Of a stretch of 4,334 bases of DNA, positions 1 through 4,334 are shown piece after piece. Position 1 is the stretch's first letter, and each line of letters opens with the position of its first letter. The position numbers and the translations under genes are program-made. This DNA is from a virus (Duplodnaviria > Heunggongvirae > Uroviricota > Caudoviricetes), in IMG/VR virus record IMGVR_UViG_2671181050_000015, positions 1 to 4,334 of that record. One strand, written 5' to 3'. A model generated the notes under the pieces. That model saw only the letters and a list, made by a program, of their open reading frames with translations. It ran no database searches and was not told where the DNA came from.

Positions 1-222
1 ATGGCAGATATCATTGATTCAGCATCAGAAATTGAAGAATTACAGCGCAATACAGCAATAAAAATGCGTCGCCTGAACTACCAGACTGTATCCGCAACTC
101 ATTGTTGTGAGTGTGGCGATCCGATAGATGAACGAAGACGCCTGGCAGTTCAGGGTTGTCGGACTTGTGCAAGTTGCCAGGAGGATCTGGAGCTTATCAG
201 TAAACAGAGAGGTTCGAAGTGA
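1..222 (+). CDS. TraR/DksA-family C4-type zinc-finger protein (73 aa), phage/plasmid TraR type
   Basis: Complete ORF from ATG at 1 to TGA at 220-222. Translation contains C-x2-C-x17-C-x2-C (CCEC...CRTCASC) and an acidic N-terminus (MADIIDSASE). The core CECGDPIDERRRL...C..CQ resembles F-plasmid TraR as I recall it (CEACGNPIPEARRK...C.ECQ). Stop overlaps the next gene's GTG start (GTGA). Confidence 0.8.
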   Translation: MADIIDSASEIEELQRNTAIKMRRLNYQTVSATHCCECGDPIDERRRLAVQGCRTCASCQEDLELISKQRGSK

Positions 223-818
223 GCGAAATTAATTATCAGGCACTGCGTGAAAAGGCAGAGAAAGCAACTAAAGGAAGCTACATCGTAGGGCATACATCTG
301 TTAACCAACACGGCAATTTAACAGGAGTTTTTGTTTGTCAAAAATGGAAAGGAGAACCCGGTGGCGTGATTGCGGAATGTCATGTTAACTGCCTGATTGA
401 AACAGATGCTCAGGCTTATGCAAACGCTGAATTCATAGCAGAGGCTAACCCGGCTACCGTGCTGGCACTGCTGGATGAACAGGAAAGAAACCAGCAATAC
501 ATCAAACGCCGCGACCAGGAGAACGAGGATATTGCGCTTACGGTTGGGAAGCTGCGCGTTGAGCTTGAAGCAGCAAAATCAAAACTCAACGAGCAGCGCG
601 AGTATTACGAGGGAGTTATCTCTGATGGGTGCAAGCGTATTGCTGAACTGGAAGCGCGGGAAGTTCAATTACCGACTCGCTACGACCTTCGATATGGACA
701 CCCGATAAATGCAGATGAGCGACAAGTCATGATACCTAAAGAAAATGGCAGTTGGCTTTACCTGATTGACCTAGAACACGCATTACGCGTCGCTGACATT
801 CGCATCAAAGGAGAGTGA
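219..818 (+). CDS. Ea22-like (ead/Ea22 family) coiled-coil prophage protein, 199 aa
   Basis: GTG start at 219 preceded by GAGG (209-212) at 6 nt spacing. No in-frame ATG until near the C-terminus, so GTG is the likely start. N-terminal NYQALREKAEKA... and ANAEFIAEANPATVLALLDE followed by a heptad-rich central region (KLRVELEAAKSKLNEQ) match my recollection of ead/Ea22-like prophage proteins. Family call is from memory. Confidence 0.6.
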   Translation: MSEINYQALREKAEKATKGSYIVGHTSVNQHGNLTGVFVCQKWKGEPGGVIAECHVNCLIETDAQAYANAEFIAEANPATVLALLDEQERNQQYIKRRDQENEDIALTVGKLRVELEAAKSKLNEQREYYEGVISDGCKRIAELEAREVQLPTRYDLRYGHPINADERQVMIPKENGSWLYLIDLEHALRVADIRIKGE

Positions 819-819
819 T

Positions 820-1335
820 ATGGCGTTAACACACCACGAACTCTGTCAGATTGCGTACAAGTTCCTTAAGCGCAACGGGTTCAAGGTTTGCTTTCATGAC
901 CGCTTTGTTGCTGTAACCAGTACCGGAGAACAGCCAGATGCTATGGGATTCAGAAATTCAGCATCATGCCTGATAGAGGCGAAGTGTTCTCGTGCTGACT
1001 TGTTGGCAGATAGAAAAAAGCGTTTCCGTAAAAATCCCTCACTTGGCATGGGCGACTGGCGATTCTTTATTAGTGAGCCGGAAATTATTTCAGTTGAGGA
1101 TTTACCTCCCGGCTGGGGATTACTTCACGTTGTTAACGGAAGAGTACGGAAAGTACATGGATGGCCCAGGGGTAATTGCTGTTGGGGTAATCCTGACGAT
1201 AAGCCATTTACCGGGAATAAGCAGGTTGAATGCGATTACATGTTATCTGCATTAAGGCGCATGGAGTTGAGAGGGCACCTTAATGAAATATATGACGGTG
1301 TGATTGTTAATAAGAAAGAAGGAAACGCGGCATGA
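820..1335 (+). CDS. PD-(D/E)xK nuclease-fold protein (possibly MmcB-like), 171 aa
   Basis: ATG at 820 with AAGGAG (808-813) 6 nt upstream and 1 nt after the previous stop. Canonical signature present: P39-D40 (nt 934-939) then E53-A-K55 (nt 976-984), i.e. PD-x12-ExK. Stop overlaps the next start (ATGA 1332-1335). Confidence 0.6.
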   Translation: MALTHHELCQIAYKFLKRNGFKVCFHDRFVAVTSTGEQPDAMGFRNSASCLIEAKCSRADLLADRKKRFRKNPSLGMGDWRFFISEPEIISVEDLPPGWGLLHVVNGRVRKVHGWPRGNCCWGNPDDKPFTGNKQVECDYMLSALRRMELRGHLNEIYDGVIVNKKEGNAA

Positions 1336-2276
1336 TCACTATTACCAAAGGGCGACTGCTGACAATCAAGCAGTGGCGCGAAACATACGGACCGGGTAGC
1401 AACGTTGTACTGCCAGCAGAAGAAGCGGAAGAACTGGCACGGATTGCACTGGCATCATTGGAAGCAGATCCAGTTAAACGAGTTAACTCAGATCAGATGC
1501 ACCGAGTCTGCTTAGAAGCTAATCGCTATTTAGATAAATATGACGCGATGGCAAAAGAGGTAAATAAGTTGCTTGGACGCATCGCCCCACCAGCGCCAGT
1601 ATTTAACGGCGAATACGGTGACGCATATCAGGGCGCTCGTGAAGACCTGTCCATCTGGAAACGGCGAGCGCTTGAAGCTGATGAGCACGTTCGGCGACTG
1701 GAGCAAATCAATGACCACATGGTGAAAGAGGCGCAGGGAGAATCACGCATGGGCGAGCCTGTAATACGTGAGCCAGCACCGGTAGTGCCTGAAGAAGCAA
1801 CTCCGGAAAACGTAGAAATGCTCTCTGGCTATGTTTCAACGTACAAATTAACCGATAGCGAGCGCGATATTGCTGCCGAAATATGGAACGCCTGCCGCGC
1901 CGCCATGCTTCAGTCCGGAAACTTTCGGGAAAACAAGAATTCGTCAACCAATAATTTTCGGGAAATCGCGGAAACGTCAACCAACTATCCGGCAATTCCT
2001 AGTGAGGTGTTGTCCGCAATCCTGAAGGTTGCCAGGATTCGTGCCGATTTCGATGATTTTGACGGTGACAGGCGAGGTATCGGTGATTGTCTGGATGAGG
2101 CTGAGCAAGAGCTTATCGTTACCATTAACAAATATGCCAGTCAGTTGGCAGCAGAACCTATAGCGCCTAATGACGTTCGAGAGCAGACAGCCATTCCACA
2201 AGTTCCGGTAACTCCGGATGGTTGGATAAGCTGTAGTGAGCGAATGCCGGACGACAGGCAGGAGGTGAATCAATGA
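1332..2276 (+). CDS. Hypothetical prophage protein, 314 aa, ending inside a DUF551-like motif (DGWISCSERMPDDRQEV)
   Basis: ATG at 1332 overlapping the upstream stop; GAAGGA 8 nt upstream. Long uninterrupted frame with ordinary codon composition. The C-terminal WISCSERMPDD resembles the start of the DUF551 domain (W-I-x-[VC]-x-[DE]-R-[LM]-P-[ED]) but the ORF stops about 15 residues into it. Contains an internal 11-aa tandem repeat (NFRENKNSSTN / NFREIAETSTN). Confidence 0.6.
   Translation: MITITKGRLLTIKQWRETYGPGSNVVLPAEEAEELARIALASLEADPVKRVNSDQMHRVCLEANRYLDKYDAMAKEVNKLLGRIAPPAPVFNGEYGDAYQGAREDLSIWKRRALEADEHVRRLEQINDHMVKEAQGESRMGEPVIREPAPVVPEEATPENVEMLSGYVSTYKLTDSERDIAAEIWNACRAAMLQSGNFRENKNSSTNNFREIAETSTNYPAIPSEVLSAILKVARIRADFDDFDGDRRGIGDCLDEAEQELIVTINKYASQLAAEPIAPNDVREQTAIPQVPVTPDGWISCSERMPDDRQEVNQ
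1920..1985 (+). repeat. Imperfect 33-bp tandem direct repeat (2 copies) inside the 314-aa ORF
   Basis: Unit 1 (1920-1952) aactttcgggaaaacaagaattcgtcaaccaat versus unit 2 (1953-1985) aattttcgggaaatcgcggaaacgtcaaccaac. 25 of 33 positions identical, in frame, giving the 11-aa duplication NFRENKNSSTN / NFREIAETSTN. Confidence 0.7.
2260..2267 (+). promoter_or_regulatory. Shine-Dalgarno (AGGAGGTG) for the 27-aa peptide gene
   Basis: AGGAGGTG at 2260-2267 is an 8-nt perfect complement to the 16S rRNA 3' end, placed 5-7 nt before ATG 2273. It lies inside the last codons of the upstream ORF. Confidence 0.6.
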
Positions 2277-2356
2277 GCTGGCCTGATGCAATCGTAACTC
2301 TGGGGGTGGTATTCGCAGCAGCGTTTGTTGTGTTCTCGATTTGTCGATGGGGATAA
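2273..2356 (+). CDS. Small hydrophobic single-pass membrane peptide, 27 aa (MSWPDAIVTLGVVFAAAFVVFSICRWG)
   Basis: Not in the supplied ORF track (too short). ATG 2273 overlaps the upstream stop (ATGA) and follows a perfect SD at optimal spacing. A roughly 19-residue hydrophobic stretch is flanked by an acidic N-side (D5) and a basic C-side (R25). Fills the only otherwise non-coding 84-nt gap in a compact operon. Confidence 0.5.
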   Translation: MSWPDAIVTLGVVFAAAFVVFSICRWG

Positions 2357-2360
2357 CCAC

Positions 2361-2603
2361 ATGTTCGCTTTGATTCAACGCGGTCAGATATACACGGACA
2401 GAGCTGGATACCCCGTGGTGATTACTCGCATCACTGAGCACTCAGTGTTCTTTCGACGGATGGACGGACGATCCGGGCGGGTACGCATTGGTGAGTTAAA
2501 CTGCCTGTTCGAACATATTGACCACCAGGAGTACCGCAAAATTCTCGCGGACACTGAGCAGGAAAAGCACCTGAAAAAATTACGAGCCATAAAAAGGAAG
2601 TAA
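2361..2603 (+). CDS. Small prophage protein, 80 aa, DUF4222-like with basic C-terminal tail
   Basis: ATG at 2361 preferred over the TTG at 2325 used by the ORF track: it sits 4 nt after the peptide stop, GGGGA lies 8 nt upstream, and it avoids overlapping the peptide gene. Pattern IYTDRAGYPVVITRI...VFFRR resembles small DUF4222-type prophage proteins as I recall them. C-terminus KHLKKLRAIKRK is strongly basic. Confidence 0.5.
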   Translation: MFALIQRGQIYTDRAGYPVVITRITEHSVFFRRMDGRSGRVRIGELNCLFEHIDHQEYRKILADTEQEKHLKKLRAIKRK

Positions 2604-2606
2604 AGA

Positions 2607-2741
2607 ATGAATAAAGCATTTGAACGATGGGTCCACCAGCGTTACGGCAATCGCTATGACCTGACGCGAGATGTTGACGGCTTCTACTGTCGTGAAGTTG
2701 TGAAGCGAATGGTTGAAGTGTGGTGCCACTGCCGTGGATGA
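2607..2741 (+). CDS. Small Cys/His/Trp-rich protein, 44 aa (MNKAFERWVHQRYGNRYDLTRDVDGFYCREVVKRMVEVWCHCRG)
   Basis: Not in the ORF track. ATG 2607 lies 3 nt after the upstream TAA, with AAGGAAG (2594-2600) 6 nt upstream. Ends at TGA 2739-2741, 18 nt before the xis start. Contains C28, C41, C43, H10 and H42 (WCHC). Confidence 0.45.
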   Translation: MNKAFERWVHQRYGNRYDLTRDVDGFYCREVVKRMVEVWCHCRG

Positions 2742-2759
2742 AAATTTTATGAGGTTGGC

Positions 2760-3014
2760 ATGCAGACAATCATCTATCAGATAACCCCCAGCAAATGGTG
2801 TACGGAGAGAGTCCTCATTGCATCAACAGGGCTAAAGCCTGGCACCATTGAGCGGGCAAGAAGAAAGTCATGGATGCAGGGAAAAGAATACCGCCATTAC
2901 GCTGTAGAAGGTGATCCGGGGCACTACAGTGAATGCCTGTACAACATCGAAGAAATTATGCGATGGATCGAAAACCAGAAACAACCAGGTGCCAAAAATG
3001 CAAGTTCCGGTTAA
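2760..3014 (+). CDS. xis: Putative excisionase / recombination directionality factor, 84 aa
   Basis: ATG 2760 with GAGG (2751-2754) upstream. Small basic protein immediately upstream of and co-directional with the integrase. The pattern W-x(~11)-TIERARR-x2-W-x2-GKEY parallels the lambda-Xis-type arrangement (W...TVRRW...GREY) as I recall it. Confidence 0.6.
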   Translation: MQTIIYQITPSKWCTERVLIASTGLKPGTIERARRKSWMQGKEYRHYAVEGDPGHYSECLYNIEEIMRWIENQKQPGAKNASSG

Positions 3015-3047
3015 CCTGTTAATGCTCCTGGACGTCTGGGAGGTTTA

Positions 3048-4334
3048 ATGAGTAACGCATCATACCCGACAGGCGTTGAAAACCATGGAGGATCACTCCG
3101 TATATGGTTTCACTATAATGGCAAACGTGTCAGAGAAAACCTCGGTGTTCCTGACACAGCCAAAAACCGGAAGATCGCTGGTGAACTTCGCACTTCCGTT
3201 TGTTTTGCAATCAGAATGGGGAGTTTCGACTACGCCGCGCAGTTCCCTAATTCCCCTAACCTGAAACACTTTGGTCTGGGAAAAAGAGAGATAACCGTTA
3301 AGGCACTTTCGGAAAAATGGTTGGACCTTAAGAAAATTGAGATTTGTGCGAATGCACTTAACCGTTACCAGTCAGTAATTAAAAACATGTTACCAATGTT
3401 AGGTGAAAAAAAACTGGTTTCATCCATAACAAAAGAGGATTTACTTTTCGTAAGGAGAGATTTGTTGACCGGTTACCAAAAGCTTTCTAATGGAAAGACT
3501 TCTTCCATAAAAGGGCGCTCAGTGGTCACGGTAAACTACTATATGACAACCATAGCTGGAATGTTTCAATTTGCAACAGATAATGGTTATACCTCAGGAA
3601 ACCCATTTAACGGTCTGGCTCCCTTAAAAAAGTCCAAGGTAAAACCAGATCCTCTCACCCGTGACGAATTTATTCGTTTTATTGAGGCTTGCCGTCATCA
3701 ACAAACAAAAAACCTGTGGATTCTCGCTGTATACACGGGTATTCGTCACGGGGAGTTGGTATCGCTGGCATGGGAAGATATAGACCTTAAAGCAAGGACT
3801 ATAACCATCCGTAGAAATTATACAAAACTTGGCGAATTCACTCCACCAAAAACCGATGCAGGCACCGGAAGGACAATTCATCTGGTTCAACCAGCTATTG
3901 ATGCTCTTAAAAGCCAGGCGGAAATGACCATGCTTGGAAAGCAACATTCTGTAGAGGTGAAGCAGAGGGAATATGGGAGAACTGCTGTGCATAAATGCAC
4001 TTTTGTTTTTAGTCCTCAGGTAACAAAACAGCAGCAGTTGTCCGGACCTCACTACAAGGTTGACTCCATCAGGGAGTCATGGACAAGTATCTTAAAACGC
4101 GCAGGTCTGAGACACAGAAAATCGTACCAATCCAGGCATACTTATGCATGCTGGTCACTTGCCGCTGGAGCTAATCCTAGTTTTATCGCAAGCCAGATGG
4201 GCCACATAAACGCACAAATGGTATTCAATGTTTACGGAGCATGGATGAAAGACAACAATCACGAACAGATAGAACTCCTTAACAAAAGACTATCTGAAAG
4301 TGTCCCATGTATGCCCCATAAGAAAGTGGGGTAA
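3048..4334 (+). CDS. int: Tyrosine-type site-specific integrase, 428 aa, with N-terminal arm-type DNA-binding domain
   Basis: ATG 3048 with GGGAGG (3038-3043) upstream; TAA at 4332-4334. N-terminal PTGVENHGGSLRIWFHYNGKRVRENLG is the arm-binding (DUF3596-type) motif seen in IntS/IntR-like enterobacterial prophage integrases. Catalytic signatures present: TGIRHGEL (Arg box I), SRHTYA (box II) and GH...VYGAW (His and catalytic Tyr). More AT-rich than upstream genes. Confidence 0.93.
   Translation: MSNASYPTGVENHGGSLRIWFHYNGKRVRENLGVPDTAKNRKIAGELRTSVCFAIRMGSFDYAAQFPNSPNLKHFGLGKREITVKALSEKWLDLKKIEICANALNRYQSVIKNMLPMLGEKKLVSSITKEDLLFVRRDLLTGYQKLSNGKTSSIKGRSVVTVNYYMTTIAGMFQFATDNGYTSGNPFNGLAPLKKSKVKPDPLTRDEFIRFIEACRHQQTKNLWILAVYTGIRHGELVSLAWEDIDLKARTITIRRNYTKLGEFTPPKTDAGTGRTIHLVQPAIDALKSQAEMTMLGKQHSVEVKQREYGRTAVHKCTFVFSPQVTKQQQLSGPHYKVDSIRESWTSILKRAGLRHRKSYQSRHTYACWSLAAGANPSFIASQMGHINAQMVFNVYGAWMKDNNHEQIELLNKRLSESVPCMPHKKVG

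Noticed and set aside
475-708. Nested + strand ORFs 475-708, 992-1255 and 3076-3264, out of frame within larger genes
   Set aside because: Each is an alternative frame of a longer, better-supported gene, with no independent SD or domain signature.
766-794. Sigma70-like -35 hexamers (TTGACC at 766-771 and 3465-3470) as internal promoters
   Set aside because: No acceptable -10 hexamer at 16-18 bp spacing (GTCGCT and TAATGG respectively), and both lie inside coding sequence.
1530-2441. Three minus-strand ORFs (1530-1718, 1708-1995, 1977-2441) antisense to the 314-aa gene and the peptide gene
   Set aside because: They lie wholly inside a well-supported + strand operon, lack recognisable SD sequences and have unusual composition (Arg/Ser/Leu/Cys-rich), typical of antisense artefacts.
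2325-2603. TTG start at 2325 giving a 92-aa version of the small protein
   Set aside because: It would overlap the 27-aa peptide gene by 32 nt and has no SD. The ATG at 2361 has GGGGA upstream and starts 4 nt after the peptide stop, fitting the operon's coupling pattern.
2384-2769. Minus-strand ORFs 2384-2590 and 2431-2769 antisense to the 80-aa and 44-aa genes
   Set aside because: Same reasoning: antisense to coupled + strand genes, no SD, implausible composition. An antisense RNA regulating the small genes cannot be excluded, but I see no promoter or terminator to support it.
2760-3047. cII-activated pI-type promoter (TTGC-N6-TTGC) within xis, as in lambda
   Set aside because: Only a single TTGC (2818-2821) with no partner at the required spacing, so no support for a lambda-type pI here. 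Other regulatory logic cannot be excluded.
3406-3413. A8 homopolymer inside the integrase gene as a possible slipped-strand switch
   Set aside because: The run is in frame in an intact integrase, and one homopolymer in AT-rich DNA is expected by chance. No evidence of phase variation can be drawn from a single sequence.
3624-4052. Minus-strand 142-aa ORF inside the integrase gene
   Set aside because: Embedded antisense within a conserved integrase whose catalytic motifs confirm the + strand frame; likely a chance ORF in AT-rich sequence.
1-4334. tRNA, rRNA, CRISPR array, IS element or inverted-repeat-bounded transposon
   Set aside because: The whole window is occupied by protein-coding sequence on the + strand. 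No cloverleaf-compatible segments, repeat-spacer periodicity, terminal inverted repeats or transposase-like ORFs were seen.

Overview
This window reads as the early-left (pL-type) arm of a lambdoid-style prophage from an enterobacterial-like genome, ending in an excisionase-integrase module. I infer nine co-directional + strand genes packed with 0-4 nt gaps or 4-nt start/stop overlaps (GTGA 219-222, ATGA 1332-1335, ATGA 2273-2276), which indicates one polycistronic, translationally coupled unit. In order: a TraR/DksA-type C4 zinc-finger protein (1-222), an Ea22-like coiled-coil protein (219-818), a small PD-(D/E)xK nuclease-fold protein (820-1335), a 314-aa hypothetical protein whose C-terminus stops inside a DUF551-like motif (1332-2276), a 27-aa hydrophobic peptide with a perfect Shine-Dalgarno (2273-2356), an 80-aa small protein (2361-2603), a 44-aa Cys/His/Trp-rich small protein (2607-2741), a putative excisionase (2760-3014) and an intact tyrosine integrase (3048-4334). 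The 27-aa and 44-aa genes are absent from the supplied ORF track (the 80-aa gene appears only as a 92-aa TTG-start version), and I rate them among the most interesting items together with the nuclease-fold gene. I saw no tRNA, rRNA, CRISPR array, IS element or convincing intrinsic terminator. The attachment site and host junction should lie just beyond the 3' end. All family assignments are from motif recognition and memory, not from a database search.
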